DNA of 64,000 nt from Macrostomum lignano (Eukaryota), in contig NIVC01000104.1 of assembly GCA_002269645.1 (NCBI GenBank), positions 921,403 through 985,402 on the forward strand, given 5' to 3'. The notes under the pieces were generated by a model. That model was not told the DNA's origin, did no database searches, and worked only from the letters and a program-made list of their open reading frames with translations. Positions 24,853-59,378 of this stretch are shown here, piece after piece. Every line of letters starts with the position of its first letter. Position 1 is the stretch's first letter. The translations under genes were made by a program, and so were the position numbers.

Positions 24853-25584
24853 TCAGGGTAAGACTGCGATGTGCCGATTAGACCAGCTGTATTGTGGTAG
24901 TGTGGTACAATTCCTCGAGATTTCGCTCTCTCCAGCCAGTCTCAAAATTCTGCCACCCTCCCCAGATCTGACAAATATGAAACTCTGATATTGATGAAGG
25001 TCAAAAATAATCAGTTAAGTCGAGAAATGGATGACGTGGAAACAAATTCAGAACTATCAAGAAGTTTGTTTGCAGCTCCATCAGCGAATTTCAAGCCGCA
25101 TCGGACAGTGCTGATCCCGACCAAGTGGCCGAAGGAACCGTGAACAGAGCTAAATTTACACACACATTGACCTGTTTTAGGAGTTGCATGCGTTTATCTT
25201 TGGTGTGCAGGACCTGGGGCATCCCGGGAGAGGTCAGTGCCAATGCCAAATCAGACCCAAGTTTGTCTCCAATGAGTCAGTCCCAGGGCCTTCTGAAAGG
25301 CGTTCGGCATCGACCACCAATAGACTGCACTCTGTACTTCTCAAGGCAATTGTCAAGCAGTAAAACAGTATCTGAACTGTTGCACTGAACTGTCATTTAA
25401 ACTGCCAAGAATGCCTGTTTAGCCATCTCTGTCCATTCCAGTGAGCGCAATCGCTAGTGTTTGGGAGTGGAGTTCAAAAATATCCCTGAGCCGGAATAAA
25501 ATTCCTTTTTGACTGCTCATTTGACATCATTTATGCCACACCCCGTTAGTCACAATTACCTGAGAGACTGTCATTAAGCTAGCG

Positions 25585-26400
25585 AAGTGTCAATCAAAGT
25601 CATAAAAAGGTCATAAGAGTCAAATAGACTATTCAGCTGCATACACTTGCACTGACAAAACTCTGCTAAACACACTTTTGATTGCTGAGCTGTCATGAAG
25701 CAAACAATGCTGCCTAATCTTCACAGACAAGCAAGCCATGCAGTCTCTGCTCCGCCCTGCTCACATGAAGGCTTTCAGCTCAACCAACGTCGCCGCTCCG
25801 ACCGGAAACACGTGCCAATCCGATGTGCATAAATTCGCATCTGCCGACTGCTCAAGATAACAAGCTCAGACTCGACTCAGCTCAAACACTCGAATCGATC
25901 CTACTCAAGCAATCATGAAGTGGCAACTCGCTCTCGGACTTTTGCTGTGCGCAGCCCTGGCTGTCGCTGTGCCCACCCAGGAGGAGAAGGCTGAGGCCAT
26001 GGCCGTTCTGGAGGCTCTGTCCAACGTGGACGAGTCCAGCATGTCGGAGGAGGCCGTCGACCACGCCAAGAAGTTCGTCAGGGTCAGGGTTAGGCTTGGT
26101 TAAATGCTACCATAGCCACACCTGACATCCAGCTCACTTTACCGAAGCTTGAGACTCGCTGGCACTGACGACAACTCACAAATGACCTTTGAACTTTGAA
26201 TCCCGACCGCAAAATCACGGTTGTATTGACTGATCCGTTTTACAAAATATACCATCGAGAACACAGATTAAGATCTCAGCAGCACCTTAAGCTTTGTCTT
26301 ATTGAACATTTTCAATTTCGCCCAGTCGCCAGTCCAGTCTTTGCGTAGTGAACTGGTACTTGAAATTATTTGAAGATAATCATTGATTGTAACTTAATAG
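25585..26400 (+). repeat. Local duplication, copy 1 (partner 28891-about 29690, offset 3306 bp)
   Basis: Near-identical for about 527 bp (3 substitutions seen, none in the CDS), then visibly diverged but still alignable for about 290 bp. Confidence 0.9.
25915..26103 (+). CDS. 62-aa secreted prepropeptide: signal peptide, acidic propeptide, KK, FVRVRVRL-G(stop); copy 1
   Basis: MKWQLALGLLLCAALAVA hydrophobic signal, GC3-biased codons, a TATA-like CATAAAT about 85 bp upstream, a dibasic site and a C-terminal Gly. Present in two identical copies. Confidence 0.7.
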   Translation: MKWQLALGLLLCAALAVAVPTQEEKAEAMAVLEALSNVDESSMSEEAVDHAKKFVRVRVRLG

Positions 26401-26745
26401 TTACTACTGGAAGGTTTTGATTTGCTAAATCTCCTTATTAACGGCTACAAAGCATTGGGGAAAAAGTGTAAGGCAGGAAAAATGCGTCGCGGGCAAGTCT
26501 CGTGCTCCCGAGCGCAAAATGGTGGCATTGCGCAAGGCAGTGGTCGACACCGTCAAGCAGTATTGCGCTAAGACACAGGAAGCTCTGACTAACTCCCTGG
26601 AGAACCTACGAGTAGTTGACGCATTTCACGCTGAGGTATGGTGCCATACCTGCAAGAACAGGCACGATTCTACGGTTCGTCGACAGCCCGGGCTCTGAGC
26701 TTCATTATCTGTATTTTGTGCGGCCGAGAGATTCCCAGAGAGATT

Positions 26746-27787
26746 ACTGCTGGAGTGTTTCTGCCGATGTAGTCGACTGCGCAGCATGTAACATGTCCCT
26801 CGGCCCATTTACTGCAGGAGTGTTTCTGCCGATGTAGTCGACTGCGCAGCATGTAACATGCCCCTCGGCCCATTTACTGCAGGAGGGTTTCTGCCGATGT
26901 AGTCGACTGCGCAGCATGTAACATGTCCCTCGGCCCATTTACTGCCGGAGTGTTTCTGCCGATGTAGTCGACTGCGCAGCATGTAACATGTCCCTCGGCC
27001 CATTTACTGCCGGAGTGTTTCTGCCGATGTAGTCGACTGCGCAGCATGTAACATGCCCCTCGGCCCATTTACTGCCGGAGTGTTTCTGCCGATGTAGTCG
27101 ACTGCGCAGCATGTAACATGTCCCTCGGCCCATTTACTGCCGGAGGGTTTCTGCGGATGTAGTCGACTGCGCAGCATGTAACATGTCCCTCGGCCCATTT
27201 ACTGCAGGAGTGTTTCTGCCGATGTAGTCGACTGCGCAGCATGTAACATGCCCATCGGCCCATTTACTGCCGGAGTGTTTCTGCCGATGTAGTCGACTAC
27301 GCAGCATGTAACATGCCCATCGGCCCATTTACTGCCGGAGTGTTTCTGCCGATGTAGTCGACTGCGCAGCATGTAACATGTCCCTCGGCCCATTTACTGC
27401 CGGAGGGTTTCTGCCGATGTAGTCGACTACGCAGCATGTAACATGCCCATCGGCCCATTTACTGCCGGAGTGTTTCTGCGGATGTAGTCGACTGCGCAGC
27501 ATGTAACATGTCCCTCGGCCCATTTACTGCCGGAGTGTTTCTGCCGATGTAGTCGACTGCGCAGCATGTAACATGCCCATCGGCCCATTTACTGCCGGAG
27601 TGTTTCTGCCGATGTAGTCGACTACGCAGCATGTAACATGCCCCTCGGCCCATTTACTGCCGGAGGGTTTCTGCCGATGTAGTCGACTACGCAGCATGCA
27701 ACATGTCCCTCGGCCCATTTACTGCCGGAGGGTTTCTGCCGATGTAGTCGACTGCGCAGCATGTAACATGTCCCTCGGCCCATTTAC
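26746..27787. repeat. 65-bp tandem repeat, about 16 copies
   Basis: Unit TTTACTGCCGGAGTGTTTCTGCCGATGTAGTCGACTGCGCAGCATGTAACATGTCCCTCGGCCCA; no unique spacers. Confidence 0.97.
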
Positions 27788-27849
27788 TTTAGGCGTCAAC
27801 GAGTAAAGGTAGGTGCTTGTCCCTTGAAAGGTCCAGCGTAGTAGTCTGG

Positions 27850-28560
27850 GTGCACTAGGCACCACTTCCCGTGCTCTTGGCCGTCCCTGCCACAGTTCCA
27901 TTGATTTCACTTCCCATGAGACTGGAATGCTTTGTGATCCTTGTGTCGCGCATCCAGCTTGCATTGTGGGGCTGTCTTATTGATTAACAAAGCGTCACTT
28001 CCTTTTATTTCTCCTTCGCCGCACGGGACAGCTTCACATGCACTGACCAGACTTCACCTTCTCCCAAGTGATGTCCTTCAATTTTTCCTTCAGGAGCTTT
28101 CTGACAATCTACTTGATGGCCAAGCCAAATACAAACTGGTGGCGGAGCCTATCGTTCAGGCCTGTCAATTCGAAGCTCTCGACCGCCTGATGAAGCCTTC
28201 TGGAGTAAGCAGCAGGTGTGTCTTCGCTATCCTCTTGCTTCAGATAGTGAAAGACGTACCGATAGACCAGTCCTGACCTTTATCGCCTTTGATTCTTTAG
28301 AAGTTCGTTCATCTCGTCGAAAGTTTTGTCTTGTGGTTTGTGAGGGAGTAAGGCCAGCAGGTTAAAAGCTTTTTTACCGAGCTGATCGATGAATGCGTGT
28401 CTTCAGGACGTCCTCCTCATACTTATTAACTTCAGCAATTGTCTCCAATGGTTGAAGGCATCGGCTCACTTCAGCCGAGACGTCTATCTCCAGGGTTTGA
28501 TCGCAATCGTCGGCGGTGTTGTTTTCCGTTGGAACGGAAGGCGACAAGCAGCTTCATTGG
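27850..28560 (-). mobile_element. Degenerate Gypsy-type gag remnant
   Basis: Minus-strand fragments KPQDKTFDEMNELLK and RYVFHYLKQEDSED...LRHQFVFGL..*IVRKLLKE, plus a decayed knuckle WNCGRDG; in-frame stops. Confidence 0.6.
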
Positions 28561-29220
28561 CGATGTAGCAAGCAGCTACAAATTAAATCCTCCTGTTGAG
28601 CAGCTCATCACTGTTACGCTTGTTCTATTTTGAGCCCTGTGGCTCACACGTTTTTGGCAATCGAAGACTAACTAGGTCGGGAGAATAACTTAAACAGCTT
28701 TCCTGTAAGCACACAATCTATATATTCGTATGAGGCGGCTAACAGGGATTATATTGGCTAGATCTGATATCGAAGTCGCTTAATCAAAGACTGAGGCTGA
28801 CTGAACTTGACAGCTCGCAGCTGACCGAACTGTGGCTTTTCGTGCAATTCTCGCCAATGGCCCAAAACGATGAGAACTTCAGAGTCGATAAAGTGTCAAT
28901 CAAAGTCATAAAAAGGTCATAAGAGTCAAATAGACTATTCAGCTGCATACACTTGCACTGACAAAACTCTGCTAAACACACTTTTTATTGCTGAGCTGTC
29001 ATGAAGCAAACAATGCTGTCTAATCTTCACAGACAAGCAAGCCATGCAGTCTCTGCTCCGCCCTGCTCACATGAAGGCTTTCAACTCAACCAACGTCGCC
29101 GCTCCGACCGGAAACACGTGCCAATCCGATGTGCATAAATTCGCATCTGCCGACTGCTCAAGATAACAAGCTCAGACTCGACTCAGCTCAAACACTCGAA
29201 TCGATCCTACTCAAGCAATC

Positions 29221-29409
29221 ATGAAGTGGCAACTCGCTCTCGGACTTTTGCTGTGCGCAGCCCTGGCTGTCGCTGTGCCCACCCAGGAGGAGAAGGCTGA
29301 GGCCATGGCCGTTCTGGAGGCTCTGTCCAACGTGGACGAGTCCAGCATGTCGGAGGAGGCCGTCGACCACGCCAAGAAGTTCGTCAGGGTCAGGGTTAGG
29401 CTTGGTTAA
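29221..29409 (+). CDS. 62-aa secreted prepropeptide, copy 2 (identical protein)
   Basis: CDS reads identical to 25915-26103. Confidence 0.7.
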   Translation: MKWQLALGLLLCAALAVAVPTQEEKAEAMAVLEALSNVDESSMSEEAVDHAKKFVRVRVRLG

Positions 29410-29768
29410 ATGCTACCGCAGCCACACCTGACATCCAGCTCACTTGATCGGAGCTTGAGACTTGCTGGCACTGACGTATGCACTCTGAACTCTGACTCCT
29501 GACGGCATAATTATTGACTGATCAGTTTAACAAAATATGACAACATGAACTCTGTTTCTCAGCAGAACTATAAGCTTTGTCTGATTTATCAGTTTCACCA
29601 AGTCGCCAGCAGTAAAGTAAGCGTAAGTACCTAGGGCTTATCTGAGCAGATATTCATTGATTATAACTTATTTAAGCCTAAATTCTGATGCTGACTCGAT
29701 AACATATATAGACGCTAGAGAGCCTCGAAGTTCTAAGGAAAACATCGACGGCTGAATTTTTGAAGTAT

Positions 29769-32700
29769 CCCTATGAAAAATTGGCCCGAATTTTCGCCCG
29801 AAAACATATGAAATTGGGCCCGGAACTTTAAATTTGCGGGTGAAAACTAAAAAGCGGTCGATTCACCCGGAAAGCACGCCGACAAAACGGTTGAAACTAA
29901 ATCGGGCGAAAAAGCGGGACTCTCGCCCGGAAAGCGGGGAAAGCAGAAACGGCCCAGACGTGCGGGTCTCTAGCCCGTTTTTTTCTAAAAGCGTGTCCTG
30001 AGGGACTTTGACGTGACGATGCAGATTAAAAATGGGTTTAAATCAATATAGCTAAACGAGTAGGAAGCTAGGTGCCCAGGTTCCAAGATTCAACCGTACA
30101 TGTAGGTTTATTATTTTAAAAAGTACTATTATAGGAGTTTATATATCGATCACAAATGGTGGGAAATAATGTGTCGAAATCATTACTTCCATGCCCTTTT
30201 GGGGAATCTTTTTGCATGCTAATCTTTAATTTTTTACACGAGCTGCGTCTGGGGACTGCGTTTAAAATTTTGACGCGGCTGAGATGCGGCTGGCGACATG
30301 GAAGTGAAATCATTTACAATCGCTTACTATAAATACCTGTTTCTGAATAAGCTATTCACAGGCTAAAATCTATTTTTATTAAGTATTTGCTGTGCTTTTC
30401 ACTCTTTCATTGCGCTGACCAATGTGAAAAAAAGCTAGGAAACTATTTTGTTTGTTTTTGTTACTCGAAAAATATTTAAATTTCAGACGCCACGTTTTCA
30501 GAACTTCGATATTTTATGTGCTAGCTAGTGAAGCGTGTTTTGTTACTTTTGTATTAATTTATCATAATCTAACAGACAAAGTTTATTTAACTTCAAAAAT
30601 AGTCAATGTGAATTATTTCACTAAATGAGTCAATAGCAAGGACTGACCCCCTGCCCCTGCCCTGGTTCAGGAATTGGCAGTCACATAGTTAATTATAATT
30701 TAATTAAGTCCAGTAATTAGCCTATTTATTTATTTCTTAAAGTTAGTAAAAATAGAAAATAATTTAGAAAACTTATCCTGATTAATATTTCACCTATAAT
30801 GAAGATAGTATTGTATATGAGCACAGAGAGCTTGCTGAATGGTAAAAAGTTTTAGAACATAAGTAACAAATCAATTTTAAAAACCATTTATAAAGTCCAA
30901 ATATAGCTCGTAAAACTCTGAGTAGCATTAATATAATTTTTGCTTTTTCAAGTTTGTATAGTCTATATAGTACTTTTTAGAAAGCTATGTATTCACATTA
31001 TTTTTTAATCTGTATGCTTTTTGTATTTTATTTAATATAATTTTGATAACTTATTATATTCTAAGGGAACCTAAAGCCTAGAACTGAGCATTTTTCAAGG
31101 AAGCTAATAACTTGAAAAAGTTTTGCAATTTAACATATTCCCAGAGATAAAGGCCCTTTATATCTTATAAATAAGCCTTCTTTTTGCTCTTATATGAATG
31201 TTTTAGATCTAATAATCTGAATATGTTTTGTAGAATAAACATTTACCATCAGATTTAACATTCCAAGCACTGTACTTATACCATTATAATTAAAGAAAAA
31301 TTATTAATAATCAATTTTGTTGCCTTTTAATTTAGGTTTAGATTTTATTGCTCAATAAACAGAATTTTAGCATCATCATACCATGCTCCTAAGTCATTTA
31401 TGCTATGTATACATGCCCCTCAGCCAAGTTTTCCTCTGGCCATTAATGTCTGATGACATTGGACTGCTAAGCGTCGTCGCCGGGATTATGCCGTGCACTA
31501 CAGGACTGGTGTTAGGCGACATACTCCAGCCCAAACAGTCTATTTTAAAGTCATGTAAAATCACAAAATCCGAGCTGCAGTGTGCCTACTCCCGATGCCG
31601 AGAGGGCCAACTACCGAGAAAGACCAGCGTCGCTAGAAAGGCGACGAAGACCAAACCAGGTGATGTTTTCATTTTTTTGTATTGTAGTGTTGTTTAAAAC
31701 GTTATTGACGCTTTTCTGCAACTGCGCCCCCTTCTACTCCAGGTGCGCTGCTTCGATTAGCTGGTGCTGCAGCATCTCAGCTGCCAGAATCTGCTGTTAC
31801 GCCACCCAGCACCAGGCTCACAACCAGTGACACTGCTAACATGTTCAATCAAGCGCAGTATCGCATCCTGTCGCTCGCTGAGTTATAAATCTATACCTAA
31901 ACTTTGAACTTATGAATTTCTATCGCATTTGCTTTTGTTCTACACTGATTTGTTTTTTTCATTGCTTCGTAATGTGGCTGCGACTGGGAGGGAGGGATCT
32001 CGAAGTCACCTTAATTTGCACCAGACCCCATTACTGATCTCGGTTCTTCCTATCCTTCCGAATGTTGCTATTTCCCCCTCACATCGTTTCTCTCCTTTCT
32101 CCGTGGTCGCGCTAATACTTTCCCTATCTTAGCTATTTCACATGTGCATTCTGTGTGCACCCCTCTCCTTGCACTCTGTGCCTTAGATCTACCTCTTTTC
32201 AGTTGCAAACGTACTAGTATATTTGGTTATTTCTTAGCTGCAAATGCCCTATAAATAGTTAGTTATTTCTCCTTTTTATGGTTTTCTTCAGAATTTCTCT
32301 ACGTCAAGCCCCTTCATGTTATCTTCTTTACAACTTTGTTTGTTTCTGTTTCGATTCTTTTCTTAACCCTCCTTTGCTTTTATTACTTTAATGCTTTAAT
32401 GCTTTTGCTTACTGAACGTATTGAATGCATACATTAAATATTTAAATAAACTATCGCTCACACTTTTTCTTATTATGTGGCCAAGCTTAAACATTTCTAT
32501 CTAGATCTAGATTTCTTATTGAATCCCTCCAGAATTGCCTTATTTTTCTTCTCGATACATGTAGCTCTCTTGGAGGGGGTCATTTAGCTCGTACATGCAA
32601 AATCTTCCTATTCAACTAGATACAAGTTTTATTACAGTATGAAAAGTGGCAGTCACCGTAATTAAGTTTATGCCCTCTAAAAACTTACTATAATATCGTG

Positions 32701-32984
32701 CACTATCACTAAGACCAAAAGCAGGAAATATGACCAGCTCTTCGGGCCGGATTTGCAAGCAAAATATCGGTTAACTGGCCCGGATTTTTCGGCGCAAAAT
32801 AATTCTGGGTGAATCGCCCGTAAATATTCGGGTATAAATGCGGTTGCATGCACGGGTGCATCGCCCGAAAAACGAACTTTTCGTAACGATTCCGGGCCAG
32901 TAGCCCGGCAATTTTTACACCCGCAAAGTGCTGACGATTTCGGGTGAAGAGTAGGGTGAAAATTCGGGCCAATTTTTCATAGGG
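29769..32984. mobile_element. Non-autonomous TIR DNA transposon, 3.2 kb, possibly CMC/EnSpm-like
   Basis: TIR CCCTATGAAAAATTGGCCCGAATTTTC(G/A)CCC at both ends, with AT on both outer sides. About 250 bp of subterminal CCCG/CGGG repeats at each end. AT-rich interior without an intact transposase. Confidence 0.7.
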
Positions 32985-33019
32985 ATGTTTCGAAAAGGTA
33001 AGAAGTTATTAAGTGATTT

Positions 33020-33172
33020 ATCACAGGTATAACGCCCATTCTGCCTCTCCGTGTTGAGAATGTGGAGCACTTCATCCGTGAATGCCCCGGCCTGCCTTTA
33101 CTCAGGACAGGTGCACCTTCCTCGTGGCCAAGACCGGATCTTTCTGATGTTTTCAGGCCAGAGAATTTCTGC
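33020..33172 (+). mobile_element. Possible LINE ORF2 C-terminal CCHC fragment
   Basis: PFCLS / VENVEHFIRECPGL (with a frameshift) resembles the C-x2-C-x8-H-x4-C motif; it runs straight into (AGAC)n. Confidence 0.3.
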
Positions 33173-33958
<786 letters not shown>

Positions 33959-35995
33959 TGCAGCAAGGACCACTTCGTTATAGAAGGATGTTTCCACTCT
34001 CGATTCGTGTAAAAATAGTGGAAGGGGAATGAAGGCTGATTTTCGTTGTCGTATACTTTGCTGGGCCAAGCCGGTTTTGTAAATAGCGTCTAATTTTTTT
34101 GACCAATTATAGCACAATAATTCTAGTCTAATTTCGATCGCGTACTTTGAGAATAATTAAAATAGCAAATTAAATAGTAAATTAAAATAGCAGATAACAA
34201 ATAGAAATACAGTGTAAAAACATGCATGAAATAGCAACAAGTCTCGGTTCTCGACAGAGAATTTCTATGAAAAAAATCGACATTCGACGCCGCGTACAAT
34301 ATTTTCTTATAAAAAATCTAGATAGTGGAGTGCAGCTGTATAATTCCATGTATATTTCAACATCTTGTAAGTAATTAAATAGACAAAGATAAGATTAAAT
34401 CGAAATTTCCATCTAAAAATCGAGAGCTATTTTGCGGAGATTAATTAGCTTCTGGGGTTTAACTAATACAGTCGTGTAGTATCATCTAAGGAATGAGGGT
34501 TAGTTTAATAAAATTGATAAAAGTGTAAGTTAAAAAAAGTGGTTAGTTAGCTTTTATTAATTACTAGACATAATTCGTTGTATAAGCATTTGTGTGGTTT
34601 TGTTTTAGTGTTATACCTCTAGCTGTTACTGTCGACAATTATTTTAACACGATACATTAAAAAAGTTTTACAAAGCGTTCCCTAGCCTAGACTTATCTAA
34701 ATATCTTTCAAATTAACAAGTCATCTCACAGAAATTTTGATTGAAGGCGAAGCAGCCCAGTACAAATTTCATTGAAATTCTAAGCAATCATAGAACATTT
34801 ACCAGACAAAATAATCCATAATCTAAATATACTAAATCTCTAAGGTTTGTATGCTTGAATTCTTTTCTAAATAAGTTAAAACTAACCATTATCACGAATC
34901 CTGATACTCACATAAAAGTGAGTATGATCATTAATCCATGGTCATGATTTTTACTTAAACATGATTGTAATTTAACGCCTCACGGTCACGGATTGTATTA
35001 GTGACTTTTAATTGTGATTAAAAATGTCATGTATTTTTTTGATCGTAAATAAACGTTTCTAAGCTTTTTAAATGTCCAAGTGCATATTAATCTCAAAGTA
35101 CATAGGCGTTGTTCTTTTCGATATCGTATTTTTCATTTTAAGCCTGCTGTCAGTAATTTTCGAGCGTACACAATTACACAAAGAATGTAAAATGGTCTGT
35201 CAGTATCTATCATTATCTGTCAGTATCTATCATATTAACTAAAGTGCCAGACACTGTCAGCTATATAGTATATTCAAAAAGTTTACATTGTGTAAGATGC
35301 ACTTTAAATTAAATAAGTATATAATTGACGTCTGAAAGAGTATGAATGAATAAACTTGAAATATGCTTATATGAATAATTTATCTTGAGAAAAAGAAAAT
35401 TAAGTGTATCTAAAAGTAACCTAAAAGTAAAGCATAGCCTTTTCTATAGCCAAACTAATAAATATATGCTTTTAAAAATTGGTTTAAGCCAAAATGTTTC
35501 TTGCAATATTTCAAATAAAACATAAAAGATGCAGAAGAAGCTAACTTTGAAAAAAGAAGAAATCCATATACTAAAAGTGAAAATATCTTTGCTATAACAG
35601 TTTTATCAGATAGACTTTCTTTTTTGTAATTCTAATATTTGTCCACTTTTATAAAGAATTCTGATCAGATAGAGTTATATTTCTTCTCCACCATTCTTAC
35701 CAGAAAAAACCAACACTAAAAATGTTTTTGTACTTTAGACAATCATTTAAACTATATTATACTAACTAAAATTATAGCATAGATGAGTTAAATTGTATTT
35801 GATTTTTTAAGAACAAAGGTATCAAAATATTTTATATCTTTCTATTTAATAACTATTATATTATGCTATACAACAATTTACCTCTATAAATCTTAAACTA
35901 TTAATTACGATTCAATTTATTGCATGCTTAGAATCTAGCTCACAATCACAATCTAAAAGCAATCGCTTTGTAAGCAGGGCAGACACAAGTCGGCC

Positions 35996-57751
<21,756 letters not shown>

Positions 57752-59378
57752 TCTTGCTTGGAAGTTGCTTGTTCAATGATTAATTCTTTATTTTAATTAC
57801 CATGTCTATAAATCGACAACATTAGCCACAAATATGTTACAATTATCTGTAGAGATTCTGCAATCCTTTCAAGCATTGGTTCGTGAAAGACAAGAGTATA
57901 TTTGGTTTGCCAAAATACCTCTTGTAGAGTAAGTAGAACAGAAACGGTGGGAAACTTACAAATATAATTTTCACTTTAATAAGCATATTAAGTTTTTAAT
58001 GAAGGTTTGATGTATTTAACATAAAAATATCAATACGCAAGCAAAGTTAATAGCTAATATAACCCGAGGAGTTTTATTTTTTTAAATCGCAACTTTTATC
58101 AAAGCAGTAAAACAACTTTTCTTAACGTGTCTTGCTAAAATACAGAACAAATTACTCAAAAAAATTTAGTAATCAACCTCATCTCCGAAACAAATTTAAA
58201 AATACGATAGCTAGCTGTTTAGATATATCGGAAAAACTAAACATTTCATACGCAAGCACCGCGTCACAGGTTCTTGCGCCGATTATGATTGTAATTTGAT
58301 ACAGGAGTTGAAGAGTCATTTTTATAATATGTTAAATAACAACACATTTTTGGGGTTTCAAAATACGCTGTGACATCTTATATATGCTGCTTAATATACG
58401 GTGTATATTGATTTTTTTTATTTTGCTTCAATCTAGTGAGTAGCTTTATACACTCTCGTAAAAATTGACAACGGTTTCACAAGCTAAAAAATCTTTGTTT
58501 TAATTTTGTCTATATTGTTTAAATAAGCTTCGTCTTTGATTTAAATTTGCAAAGAAAATTGGATCGCGCTTTATGGCTCACTTTGGCTTCAAATGCACGC
58601 AGATATTATTCCTTCGTCTGTATCCATTTCTGTTAATTTGCTTTGCTTGCAAGTCTGCTTTATAGCTTCGATGGCTCCTTCAGCTGTTTATTTTTACGTG
58701 TTCCACGTTTTTAACCAATGAATGAACTAACAAAAGATTAATAAACACATTAGACAAGTGGTTCGTTGACTACTTTGATTAAAACGTGAAAACTAGCTAA
58801 TGTGTATTTGGTTAGATTTTTCAGTTTTTCGTGTGTAGGTGGTTTTCTTAAATGCAGCACTGGGGAACCTAAAAAGGATATATACTTTTTTGCAGTACCT
58901 ATCTGACAGATCCTCTTATACGTTACAGGCATATCTACAGAATGTCTCAGCAATCTAGATTTAGCTATGGCCATAACTGGGCAACTTGATCAAATACATG
59001 AGAGGGAGATGATGCCAGACCTCAAATACATGGGAGGAGGCAGATAACAGACCCATTGAATCTACACTCGAACATGTACATCAGAAAGTTAAGCCTGCTC
59101 CCCATTTGGGCCATAGACTATGGGATTAATATATCGATGTCGCGTGATAAAATGTACACCACCGTTTAAAGTAAAAGCTGTGAAGCTTTAGAAGTGTTGA
59201 TTAAGGAGTCCTTATTCTGTTTCTTTCTTCACGAGAGCCACTTTTAATGTCTATGGCCGAATAAAGCTTCAAATTAACTCACGTCGTAGTTAAACCATAA
59301 ATGATTAGATTTTAGCGCCTATTTTTGATTAGGATTTGTTGCTTGATAGACAAACGCGGATCTACATATCACTTCGAA

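Noticed and set aside
26470-26700. Coding-like stretch (KCVAGKSRAPERK...WCHTCKNRH) as exon 2 of the peptide gene
   Set aside because: The putative acceptor lacks a pyrimidine tract and there is no counterpart after copy 2. It is not fully excluded and remains the alternative hypothesis.
26746-27787. CRISPR-like appearance of the regular 65-bp array
   Set aside because: The units are contiguous with no unique spacers, there are no cas genes, and the context is eukaryotic.
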